A stretch of DNA of 64,000 bases from contig JAMWZD010000004.1 in assembly GCA_024304995.1 (NCBI GenBank), forward strand, positions 75,282-139,281. Reading direction: 5' to 3'. The position numbers were made by a program, and so were the translations under genes. Position 1 is the stretch's first letter. The number at the start of each line of letters is the position of its first letter. The stretch comes from Rickettsiales bacterium. Its GTDB lineage: Bacteria; Pseudomonadota; Alphaproteobacteria; Rickettsiales; UBA998. The notes beneath the pieces are model-generated. The model had not been told where the DNA came from and ran no database searches. It saw only the letters and a list, made by a program, of their open reading frames with translations. Below are positions 55,833 through 64,000 of this stretch, one piece after another.

Positions 55833-57017
55833 ATGAAACACTGGATTGAACAAAAGACCATCAATTATTTCTTCTCTTTGCTAAAGGATCTGGAAATAGG
55901 CACGCTGACCATTATCACTCCAGATAAGGAAACACGCACCTTCATTGGGGATGATTCGCTCGAAGCGACTATGGAGTTTCATGACTGGTCTGTGCTGGTA
56001 AATGCGGCACGTCGTGGTGACATTGGGCTGGGGGAAGATTATATTGAAGGCAAGTGGGATAGTCCTGATATTGGCAAATTGATTGAATTGTTCCTGCGCA
56101 ACATGCAGGTATTTGATGATTTTGCACATGGAAATGCATTAAATCGCTTCCTGTTTCGTTTCGCAAATCTCATGCGCAGCAATCGCAAAGCGCAAAGCAA
56201 GCGTAACATCAAAGCGCATTATGATGTTGGCAATGAGTTTTACCAACTCTGGCTGGATGAAAGCATGACCTATTCCAGCGCGATTTATGCGGGTGGAATC
56301 ACAGAACTTGTTGATGCACAATATGCGAAATACCAACGCATGATTGATATTGTGTCACCAGATGGCGATACAAAACATATTCTGGAAATTGGTTGCGGAT
56401 GGGGCGGGTTTTTAAGGCAGGCTGGAAAACAGGGACATGATGTGACCTCTGTCACTATCTCCCCTTCTCAGCATGACTTTGCCAAAGAGCGAATTGAAAA
56501 AGAGCAGTTGCAGGAAAAAGTGGATTTACGCCTGCAGGATTACCGCGAAATTAATGGTGAATTTGATGCCATTGTGTCCATTGAAATGTTTGAAGCAGTG
56601 GGTGAGCAATATTGGAGTGAGTATTTTAACACTGTCAAAGCACGTTTGAAAAAAGACGGTACGGCAGTGATTCAAACCATTACTATTGATGATAATTTGT
56701 TTGAAGATTACCGTGAACGCAGTGACTTTATCCGCCAATATACTTTCCCTGGCGGGCTGCTTCCGTCACAAAAACGCTTTTTAGAAGAAGCGGAAAAAGC
56801 AGGGCTAAAATGCAACAATATATACAATTTTGGATTAGATTATGCCGCGACATTAAGCGAATGGTTGCATCGCTTTGACAGCAGCCGTGACAATATCAAA
56901 AAAATGGGGTATAGTGACGGCTTCATACGGAACTGGCGTTTTTATTTGAGTATGTGTATCGGCTCATTTAATGCGAGGAGAACAGATGTAATACAGGTGA
57001 GTTTGACGCATGGTTAA
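55833..57017 (+). CDS. Cyclopropane-fatty-acyl-phospholipid synthase family SAM-dependent methyltransferase
   Basis: 394 aa with HYDVGNEFYQLWLDESMTYSSA, the SAM motif ILEIGCGWGGF, and IEMFEAVG. Confidence 0.9.
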   Translation: MKHWIEQKTINYFFSLLKDLEIGTLTIITPDKETRTFIGDDSLEATMEFHDWSVLVNAARRGDIGLGEDYIEGKWDSPDIGKLIELFLRNMQVFDDFAHGNALNRFLFRFANLMRSNRKAQSKRNIKAHYDVGNEFYQLWLDESMTYSSAIYAGGITELVDAQYAKYQRMIDIVSPDGDTKHILEIGCGWGGFLRQAGKQGHDVTSVTISPSQHDFAKERIEKEQLQEKVDLRLQDYREINGEFDAIVSIEMFEAVGEQYWSEYFNTVKARLKKDGTAVIQTITIDDNLFEDYRERSDFIRQYTFPGGLLPSQKRFLEEAEKAGLKCNNIYNFGLDYAATLSEWLHRFDSSRDNIKKMGYSDGFIRNWRFYLSMCIGSFNARRTDVIQVSLTHG

Positions 57018-57531
57018 CAGGTTGATATTATTTGCATTATTATGCTTCATGCCGTCTGCACTCTGGTCGCAGCCAACCTGCGTTAATGACATCATCAAAT
57101 CTGAAAAACCTGCATCACGCGCGAAATTGCAGAAACTTCTTTTTGATATTTACGATATTGAATTATGGCATGATTATAAAGAATGGGAACCACAAAAACC
57201 CTATGCATTGCACATTATCTATTATCAGAATGTCAGCAAGCAGGAATTTGTGGATTACACCATCAAAGAACTTAAGCTAAACCCTGATGTTACTTCAGAT
57301 ATGATCACGCAATTTGAGCGAAAATTGTCTTTTATCTATCCTGACGTGCAAAAGATGGATACCATCACGGCGGTGAATGTGCCTGAAGAAGGCATATTAT
57401 TATGCCATAATGAAAATAAGCTCGGCTGGATGCGTGAAAAAGAACTTGTGCTGCCTTTCTTTAATATCTGGCTTGGTAGACACAGTTCAGAACCTGTCAT
57501 TCGCAACAAGCTGTTAAAGCCCAGAAAATAG
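57010..57531 (+). CDS. Secreted chalcone-isomerase-like (lipid-binding fold) family protein, putative
   Basis: 173 aa with a signal peptide (LILFALLCFMPSALWS). The family call comes from typical cluster composition and a weak sequence impression only. Confidence 0.4.
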   Translation: MVNRLILFALLCFMPSALWSQPTCVNDIIKSEKPASRAKLQKLLFDIYDIELWHDYKEWEPQKPYALHIIYYQNVSKQEFVDYTIKELKLNPDVTSDMITQFERKLSFIYPDVQKMDTITAVNVPEEGILLCHNENKLGWMREKELVLPFFNIWLGRHSSEPVIRNKLLKPRK

Positions 57532-57533
57532 CT

Positions 57534-58784
57534 ATGAATAGTAAAACGCTGCTGCAATATGCCATGCTGTCCATCCCGCTGGCATTTGCAGGCTTGCCGA
57601 TTTATGTGCATGTACCACATTTTTATGCCACAAACTATGCGGTAACACTCACATCTCTTAGCGCGGTGCTGCTGGTGATTCGCTTTATTGATGCCTTTCA
57701 AGACCCCTTTATCGGCATTCTAAGCGAAAAATATGCGGTGTATAAACAGCGCATCATCAGTGCATCTGCCTGCGTGCTGTTCTGCGGTTTTTATGGGTTA
57801 TTCCACGTGCCTTCTTTTGCTGAACATATCGCTGAAATCTGGATGGGGCTAATGCTTCTGGTGGTATATACCAGCTTTAGCACAATCATGATCAATTATT
57901 ATGCCGCCAGCGTAAAGCTCGGCAGCTCGCAAAAAGAACAAACACGCATCTCTGCATTTCGTGAAGCATTCATGCTATTTGGAGTGATGCTCGCTGCCAT
58001 ATTGCCGCAAATGCTGACCAATCACTATGGTGAATTGCAGGGCTATCATTATTTCAGCCTGTCTTTTGTTCCAATCTGCGCCATCTGCCTTATCACTGCC
58101 ATACGCACCATTCCCAATAGTGCCGCGCAGATAGTTCAGTCTTATAATCTGAATGACACAAAATTACTGATAAAGCAAAACAACATCAAATCGCTTTTAT
58201 GGCTCTTCTTCATTAATGCTATCCCTACCGCCATCACCAGCACCTTATTTTTGTTCTTTGTGGAAGATGTGCTCGGCGCAGATGCACAGGCAGGGCAAAT
58301 GCTCATGCTATACTTCTTCTGTGCCGCTCTCTCTGTGCCTGCGTGGAATGCACTTGCAAAATATTACAACATTTATCACGTGCTAATTAGCGCTATGATA
58401 CTCGCCATTATCTCCTTCATCTGGGCATATTGGCTGAATGCTGGCGACACATTCCCGTTTTACGGCATTTGCGCCATGTCTGGCATCGCGCTGGGGGGCG
58501 ACATGGTGTTGCTGCCCGCAATTTATGCCAATGCGTTGGATCGCGCATCAACAGCACAACATAAAGAACTAGGCAATATCGGTTTTAGCCTGTGGAACTT
58601 CATCAGCAAACTGAACATGTCTCTTGCGGCGGGGCTGGCATTGCCTGTGCTGGCATGGATGCAGTATGAACCCCAGAACAGTGCCTCAAACATTGACGCC
58701 TTGTCATTTGCATATGCACTCATTCCATGCGCATTTAAGGTGATAGCCTGCTGTTATGCATGGAAACTAAAACAGATGAAATAA
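57534..58784 (+). CDS. MFS-type transporter (GPH-like)
   Basis: 416 aa with about 12 TM segments. The N-terminal pattern LPIYVHVPHFYA...RFIDAFQDPFIG is typical of MFS_2 proteins in these clusters. Confidence 0.8.
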   Translation: MNSKTLLQYAMLSIPLAFAGLPIYVHVPHFYATNYAVTLTSLSAVLLVIRFIDAFQDPFIGILSEKYAVYKQRIISASACVLFCGFYGLFHVPSFAEHIAEIWMGLMLLVVYTSFSTIMINYYAASVKLGSSQKEQTRISAFREAFMLFGVMLAAILPQMLTNHYGELQGYHYFSLSFVPICAICLITAIRTIPNSAAQIVQSYNLNDTKLLIKQNNIKSLLWLFFINAIPTAITSTLFLFFVEDVLGADAQAGQMLMLYFFCAALSVPAWNALAKYYNIYHVLISAMILAIISFIWAYWLNAGDTFPFYGICAMSGIALGGDMVLLPAIYANALDRASTAQHKELGNIGFSLWNFISKLNMSLAAGLALPVLAWMQYEPQNSASNIDALSFAYALIPCAFKVIACCYAWKLKQMK

Positions 58785-58786
58785 TT

Positions 58787-59308
58787 ATGATAACCCGCCT
58801 CATATCACTGATAGGATGCCTTATGTTGCTAAGCTGCTGTTCACCCAATGTGGAAGATTATAACACCACCAGCCCTAAACTGGATATTCGTGAATATCTA
58901 AGCGGAAACCTTCGGGCGCACGGCATAATATTTGACTGGAAAGGCAAAGCCTCCCGCCATTTTGTTGCAGATATTATCGGCACGTGGGAAGGCAATAAAG
59001 GCACACTCGACGAAACGTTCACCTATAGTGACGGCACAACCGAAAAACGCATCTGGACGATTACTTTTGAAGATGAGCATCATTTCACAGGAACAGCAGG
59101 TGACGTGGTCGGCACATCCAAAGGGGCGCAATATGGCAACACACTAAATATGAAATATGTTCTGGCACTGAAAGACCCTGAAATCAACGTCACTATAGAT
59201 GACTGGATGTATCTTACAGAAAAAGGCGTATTGCTGAATCAGAGCAAGATTTATAAATTTGGTCTGCCTGTGGGAAGAGTGATGATTGCATTCACGAAAG
59301 CATCATGA
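58787..59308 (+). CDS. DUF3833-like lipoprotein
   Basis: The track ORF starts at 58760. The ATG at 58787 gives MITRLISLIGCLMLLSCCSP (lipobox). The core reads DIREYLSGNLRAHGIIFDWKGK...RIWTITFED. Confidence 0.65.
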   Translation: MITRLISLIGCLMLLSCCSPNVEDYNTTSPKLDIREYLSGNLRAHGIIFDWKGKASRHFVADIIGTWEGNKGTLDETFTYSDGTTEKRIWTITFEDEHHFTGTAGDVVGTSKGAQYGNTLNMKYVLALKDPEINVTIDDWMYLTEKGVLLNQSKIYKFGLPVGRVMIAFTKAS

Positions 59309-60063
59309 CCTATCAACTGAAAGACAAAATCATCTGGTTAATCGGCGCGAGTTACGGTATCGGCGCACAGCTTGCGGAGGATTTGTCTGACAAAGGCGCA
59401 ATTATCTGCCTGTCGGCACGCAGTGAAGATGCATTGCATAAGGTAGCGACACAATGCACCCATAAAACACATGTAGTTTCATGTGATGTCACAGACACAG
59501 AGTCAGTACAGCAGGCTTATAACAGTATTATTGCAGCACATTCTCATGTTGATATGGTGATATATAATGCAGGGGCATATGAGCCCACATCATCACTGGA
59601 TTTTGATTTGCAGAAAATATTCACCATGATTGACGTGAATCTGCATGGTGCAATCCGTGTGCTGCACACCATCCTGCCAGAGATGAAACATCGCAATGAT
59701 GGGGTGATTGCGCTGGTGGGCAGCGTGGCGGGCTATAAGGGTTTGCCCAAAGCAATGGGATATGGCGCAAGCAAAGCGGCAGTGATTCACCTTGCAGAAA
59801 ATCTCAAACAGGATCTGGGCGAAAAAAGTGGCATTAAGGTGCAGCTGATTAACCCAGGATTTGTGAAAACACGCCTGACAGACAAGAATGATTTTGATAT
59901 GCCTATGCGCATATCCGTTGAAAAAGCGTCAGACTATATTGTGAAAGGATTGGAGAAACAGACCTATGAAATCCATTTCCCCAAACGTTTCACTTATATC
60001 ATGAAATTCCTGTCATTGCTGCCCAACCGCATATATTTCTGGTTAAGCGAAAAACTGCTTTAG
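59305..60063 (+). CDS. SDR-family oxidoreductase
   Basis: IGASYGIGAQLA, NAGAY and YGASKAA, 252 aa. It is the last gene of the cluster. Confidence 0.88.
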   Translation: MTYQLKDKIIWLIGASYGIGAQLAEDLSDKGAIICLSARSEDALHKVATQCTHKTHVVSCDVTDTESVQQAYNSIIAAHSHVDMVIYNAGAYEPTSSLDFDLQKIFTMIDVNLHGAIRVLHTILPEMKHRNDGVIALVGSVAGYKGLPKAMGYGASKAAVIHLAENLKQDLGEKSGIKVQLINPGFVKTRLTDKNDFDMPMRISVEKASDYIVKGLEKQTYEIHFPKRFTYIMKFLSLLPNRIYFWLSEKLL

Positions 60064-60068
60064 CAGCT

Positions 60069-61865
60069 TTATTTTGCCAGCACATAGGAACCAGGTGCAT
60101 CTTCAAACGGTTTATAGGTTCCATTGCCAAATTCAAGCGGCGCTTTTTGCTGCTTGCTGAAGTTTTTCTGCCAGTCATTCCAGTGCTGCCACCATGAGCC
60201 ATCCTGCTGTTTTGCCATTTTTAACCACTGTTCAGGTGTAAGCCCTTTGGTTTTGTCATGCAACCAATAACCATATTTGTTCTTTGCTGGTGGGTTAATG
60301 ACCCCCGCAATATGCCCAGACCCCGCAAGCACAAAAGTGATGTCACCACCATAAATCTGCGTTGATGCATAGGTAGACATCCACGGAGCAATATGGTCTT
60401 CACGGGTGGAGAGAATATAGCTTGGCGTATTAATGGTTTTCAGGTCAATTTTCTCACCTGCAAGTTCCAGCTCTCCCTTCGCCAGTTTATTTTTAAGATA
60501 CAGATTGCGCAGATAAAAACTATGTGTTGCCGCTGGCATCCGCGTGCAATCCGCATTCCAGTAAAGCAGGTCAAACGGGAATGGCTCTTTGCCAAGCAGA
60601 TAGTTATTCACCACGAATGACCAGATCATATTGTTCGGGCGAAGCAGACTGAACGTAGTGCTCATCTCTGTGCCATCCAGATAGCCTTTTTTCTCCATTT
60701 TGGCTTCCAGCGCCTGAATCTGTTCTTCATCTATGAATACGCCCAGTTCACCAGGTTCTGAGAAATCCAGCATAGTGGTCAGATATGTTGCTGACGCTAC
60801 CTTGTTTTCTTCGCCCTTTGCATGAAGATATGCCAGCGAACATGCCAGCAATGTGCCGCCAAGACAATATCCCATACAGCTGACCTGTTTGGATTTTGCA
60901 ATATCTGACACCACATCAATGGCGCGCAGCAAGCCGTCCGTCATATAATCATCAAATTTTTTGTCTTTGAGTGACGCATCAGGATTTACCCATGAAATCA
61001 CAAATACGCTATAACCCTGCTCCGTCATCCAGCGGACAAACGAATTTTTCTGCTGCATATCAAAAATATAGAATTTGTTGATCCATGCAGGAATCAGCAA
61101 GAGCGGAGTATCATGCACTTTTTCCGTTTGCGCTTTATATTGTAATAGCTGGAACAACTCATTCTCAAACACCACTTTGCCTTCAGTGGCTGCCAGATTT
61201 TTTCCCAGTTCAAAGGCTTCATTATCGGTCGTGCTGATGGCAAGTTTGCCTTTGCCGCGCTCAAAATCCTTCCGCAGGTTTTCCAGCCCGCGCAGAATAT
61301 TCTCACCATTGCTATCCAGCGTTGCTTTCAGCACTTCAGGGTTGGTGATCATGAAATTGGTAGGTGCCATTGCATCCACCCATTGCTGTGTGTAGAAGCT
61401 CAATTTCTGCTTGCGGTGTTCGTCGTCTCCATCATCCAGCGAACTGACCACATCCTGCATCCATGATGCCGTCATCAGATATTGCTGTTTAATATAGTCA
61501 AATAAAACATTATCTTCCCAGCTTTCATCTGAAAAGCGCTTATCGGCAGGCATGGTTTTTTCGTGCTTTACAGGAGCATCCATGTATTTCTGCATGGATT
61601 GCTGCCAAAGCTGCGCCGCATCATTAAACCAGACGTAGCCAAGCTGCATTACGCGCGCAGGGTCTGCAAAGGCATTCTGCGCCAGCTGCATCATGTCAGA
61701 TCCCATATGCCATAGCGACATCTCCCCATTGCGCAGGTCAGAAAGTCCGTCCTCCTGTGCGATAATCTTTAAAATATCCTGCCAGATGATGAAAGATTCT
61801 TTCATATTATGGCTGAACATAAGCGGGTTAAACTGAGTGGAGGTTGATGTATGTGTATCTGTCAT
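60069..61865 (-). CDS. phaC: Class I poly(3-hydroxyalkanoate) synthase
   Basis: The track ORF extends to 61985. The ATG at 61865 (MTDTHTSTSTQFNP) is more plausible. It has the lipase-box GYCLGG, an alpha/beta-hydrolase core, and a C-terminal DGSWWQHW. Confidence 0.9.
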   Translation of the reverse strand: MTDTHTSTSTQFNPLMFSHNMKESFIIWQDILKIIAQEDGLSDLRNGEMSLWHMGSDMMQLAQNAFADPARVMQLGYVWFNDAAQLWQQSMQKYMDAPVKHEKTMPADKRFSDESWEDNVLFDYIKQQYLMTASWMQDVVSSLDDGDDEHRKQKLSFYTQQWVDAMAPTNFMITNPEVLKATLDSNGENILRGLENLRKDFERGKGKLAISTTDNEAFELGKNLAATEGKVVFENELFQLLQYKAQTEKVHDTPLLLIPAWINKFYIFDMQQKNSFVRWMTEQGYSVFVISWVNPDASLKDKKFDDYMTDGLLRAIDVVSDIAKSKQVSCMGYCLGGTLLACSLAYLHAKGEENKVASATYLTTMLDFSEPGELGVFIDEEQIQALEAKMEKKGYLDGTEMSTTFSLLRPNNMIWSFVVNNYLLGKEPFPFDLLYWNADCTRMPAATHSFYLRNLYLKNKLAKGELELAGEKIDLKTINTPSYILSTREDHIAPWMSTYASTQIYGGDITFVLAGSGHIAGVINPPAKNKYGYWLHDKTKGLTPEQWLKMAKQQDGSWWQHWNDWQKNFSKQQKAPLEFGNGTYKPFEDAPGSYVLAK

Positions 61866-62011
61866 AAGCCTGTATGATTTAAGGTTCACACGCACTTTAG
61901 CCCAGCACTTGCGCAACACAAGTGAAAAATCCGATATTCTGCTCAAAAACTGCGTGACAAATAATTCTGCAGTTGCTAAACACAATGCTCATTTTGCGCA
62001 TATGCGCATGT

Positions 62012-62088
62012 GGCGGAGTAGCTCAGCTGGTTAGAGCAGCGGAATCATAATCCGCGTGTCGGGGGTTCAAGTCCCTCCTCCGCTACCA
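62012..62088 (+). tRNA. tRNA-Met-type (anticodon CAT; elongator Met versus Ile2 not resolved)
   Basis: A 77-nt cloverleaf. The anticodon arm is GCGGA-ATCATAA-TCCGC, the T arm is GGGGG-TTCAAGT-CCCTC, and CCA is encoded. It lacks the three consecutive G-C pairs of initiator tRNA. Confidence 0.85.
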
Positions 62089-62102
62089 CTTTAATTTTCG
62101 TC

Positions 62103-62146
62103 AAAAAAAAATCTGCGCTGCCTATATGGCGAAACGCAGATTTATA
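62103..62146. terminator. Bidirectional intrinsic terminator
   Basis: An A-run, then stem AAATCTGCG/CGCAGATTT around a 17-nt loop, then a T-run. It lies between tRNA-Met (+) and the HAD gene (-). Confidence 0.6.
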
Positions 62147-62158
62147 TTAGTTATCAGG

Positions 62159-63073
62159 TTAGATTACAGTTATTCCATAAGATTGTTTAAAGTTGCGATA
62201 CTCAGCATAACAGTCTTTCGCAAGATCAATATGCCCGTCCCACGACAGCACATCCAACAATGCTGCGCCTGCTGGCAGCTGGCTGTAATAGACTGAACTC
62301 ATTAAATATGCTGATAGATGCACTACTTTGCGCAGCGTATCACATGCGTTTTTCGGCATAATGACGTTTGCACCTCGCTGAATCAACTCTCTGTCATTCA
62401 TACTGTCTCCCATCACATAAAATTCAGCAGGGTTTACAATATCAATCATTCGCTTCAGTGCTGCACCTTTTCCTGCATTTTCATGAAGAACATCCAGATT
62501 GCGGATGCGTTTCATTCCAAAGGTTTTGGCTGCTGTCAACTCATCTGCTTCTTTCACATCAGACACCTGAACTTTCACCTTAAAACCTTTTGCAGTTAGC
62601 AATTCGGTCATTCGTGTTTCAAGTTGTTCTTCTGTAATCGAAGAAGGCAGATTCATCCAGCCGCTTGCTTTGCCATCCCCATTCTTTTCTGGTTTATGGG
62701 GAATGAAACTAATGCCGAAGCCAGAAAGTGCCTCTCTGGTTTCAAATAATATCATTTTCCAGTCAAAGCAGTCTGTCATTATGCTGGAGAATATTGCATC
62801 TTTTTCATAATCATCACGCTTTCGCTGAAATAATTCAGTTCCGCATTTTGAGCTGATAAATGGAACATCCCAGCCAAGCTGATTGCAGGATTGACTTAAT
62901 GTTTTAAAGTCGTTTCCACTGCATAATGCAAAGATTTTGCCTTGCTCGCTAAGTTCACGCGTAGCGTGTCCAACTGCAATATTCAGCATCTTTGCTTCCT
63001 GAGCGCTAATAAACCCGTCTCCTTCTAAAGAAAAAGCGGAATGGTCGCGGTCACACACAATTAAGCTAGTCAT
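62159..63073 (-). CDS. HAD-superfamily hydrolase, subfamily IIB-like
   Basis: 304 aa with motif I VCDRDHS (DxDxS), motif III KGAAL and motif IV GDSMNDRELI. The cap domain is sucrose-phosphatase/Cof-like. Confidence 0.65.
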   Translation of the reverse strand: MTSLIVCDRDHSAFSLEGDGFISAQEAKMLNIAVGHATRELSEQGKIFALCSGNDFKTLSQSCNQLGWDVPFISSKCGTELFQRKRDDYEKDAIFSSIMTDCFDWKMILFETREALSGFGISFIPHKPEKNGDGKASGWMNLPSSITEEQLETRMTELLTAKGFKVKVQVSDVKEADELTAAKTFGMKRIRNLDVLHENAGKGAALKRMIDIVNPAEFYVMGDSMNDRELIQRGANVIMPKNACDTLRKVVHLSAYLMSSVYYSQLPAGAALLDVLSWDGHIDLAKDCYAEYRNFKQSYGITVI

Positions 63074-63179
63074 GGTTTTTTTGATGCCTTATAGACATAA
63101 CGAAAAATATATCTGAAATCCTGTCAAAAAACTAAGATTGCTATTCATTTAATCCATTAAAACCAGCCATACAAGCGCT

Positions 63180-64000
63180 TTATTTCTTTTCGAATAATTT
63201 CACCAGTTCGTTGGTCATGGTTTCACCCAGCTTGGTGATGTCGCGTAGGCAGATGGAACGTTCATAATAGCGCGTTACATCATGCCCGATGCCAATCGCC
63301 ACCAGTTCCACATCTGCATCCTGCTGCACCTGTGCAATAATATGCCGCAGATGCTTGTCTAAATATCCTGGGTTATTGGCAGAAAGCGTGGCATCATCCA
63401 CGGGTGCGCCGTCAGAAATCACCATCAGAATTTTGCGTGCCTCACTACGTGCTTTAATGCGCGAATAAGCCCATTGCAGTGCTTCACCATCAATATTTTC
63501 TTTCAGAATGCCATCTTTAAGCATTAAACCCAGATTGCGGCGTGCGCGCACAAACGGCATATCGGCAGATTTATAGATAATATGACGAATATCATTTAAA
63601 CGCCCAGGGTTACTTGGCTTGCCAGCCTGCATCCATTGTTTATAATGCTTTCCGCCTTTCCATTCTTTCGTAGTAAAGCCCAGAATTTCGGTTTTAATAC
63701 CCACCCGTTCCAGCACTTTGGCAAGAATATCTGAACTCAGCGCTGTAATCGTAATCGGTCGCCCACGCATAGACCCTGAATTATCCAAAAGCAACGTCAC
63801 CACCGTATCGCGAAACTCATTTTCTTGCTCCATCTTGAAGATGTTGGTTTGATGCGGGTTAATCACCAACCGCGCCAACCGCGCGCTGTCCAGCTGCCCT
63901 TCTTCCAAATCAAATTGCCAGTGGCGCTGCTGCTTTGCCAGCAAATAGCGCTGCAATTTCGCCGAAAGTGCAGTAAATGTGCCGCTGACCTGTTCCAGTT
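63180..64000 (-). CDS. CobT-like von Willebrand factor A domain protein, C-terminal part (gene continues beyond window end)
   Basis: The frame stays open upstream of the track start to position 64000. The MIDAS motif [11 protein letters not shown] and the overall pattern resemble the CobT/vWA partner of CobS-type AAA+ proteins found in many alphaproteobacteria. Confidence 0.75.
   Translation of the reverse strand, partial: LEQVSGTFTALSAKLQRYLLAKQQRHWQFDLEEGQLDSARLARLVINPHQTNIFKMEQENEFRDTVVTLLLDNSGSMRGRPITITALSSDILAKVLERVGIKTEILGFTTKEWKGGKHYKQWMQAGKPSNPGRLNDIRHIIYKSADMPFVRARRNLGLMLKDGILKENIDGEALQWAYSRIKARSEARKILMVISDGAPVDDATLSANNPGYLDKHLRHIIAQVQQDADVELVAIGIGHDVTRYYERSICLRDITKLGETMTNELVKLFEKK

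Overview
This is a 64 kb chromosomal segment. Gene content and order point to a moderately AT-rich alphaproteobacterium, possibly a Rickettsiales/Holosporales-like or other host-associated lineage; that placement is inference only. About three quarters is core housekeeping. It includes a complete minus-strand nuoA-nuoM complex I operon (nuoM runs off the left edge) interrupted by a lipoprotein gene and an MscS-family channel gene. Other core blocks are dapF-mtaB-ftsY, grxC-GST-NDUFA9-like, nadD-rsfS-rlmH, fabG/trmB, plsY-dprA-topA with an NDUFS4-like gene, polA, rodZ-like-ispG, lysC, rpmG-yajC, trxA, ruvB-ybgC and sucB-lpdA. RNA genes found are tRNA-Asp(GTC), tRNA-Leu(TAG), tRNA-Met(CAT) and a clear type-A RNase P RNA (rnpB). 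The right third, between tRNA-Leu and tRNA-Met, is accessory-like. It holds an orphan HicB-type antitoxin remnant overlapping the tRNA-Leu 3' end and a mycobacterial-type polyprenyl-phospho-arabinofuranose (DPA) donor gene set (DprE1-like, DprE2-like, UbiA/Rv3806c-like, GtrA, divergent PAP2), together with an uncharacterised 605-aa polytopic membrane protein and a 2OG-Fe(II) oxygenase. It also holds three small orphan genes, a seven-gene cfa-type lipid-modification cluster preceded by Pho-box-like repeats, and a class I PHA synthase. Other AT-rich orphan islets are a glycine-zipper protein next to tRNA-Asp, two tandem paralogous prepilin-like proteins with no assembly genes nearby, a divergent small-gene pair with nested palindromes, a 183-nt inverted-repeat or structured-RNA element flanked by two tiny hydrophobic ORFs upstream of plsY, and two orphans between polA and ispG. 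I recognised no rRNA, CRISPR array, transposase or integrase. My best candidate for a genuinely under-described system is the DPA-type glycolipid donor cluster with its unknown transferase and acceptor. All functional calls come from reading the translated ORFs and sequence by eye; no searches were run.
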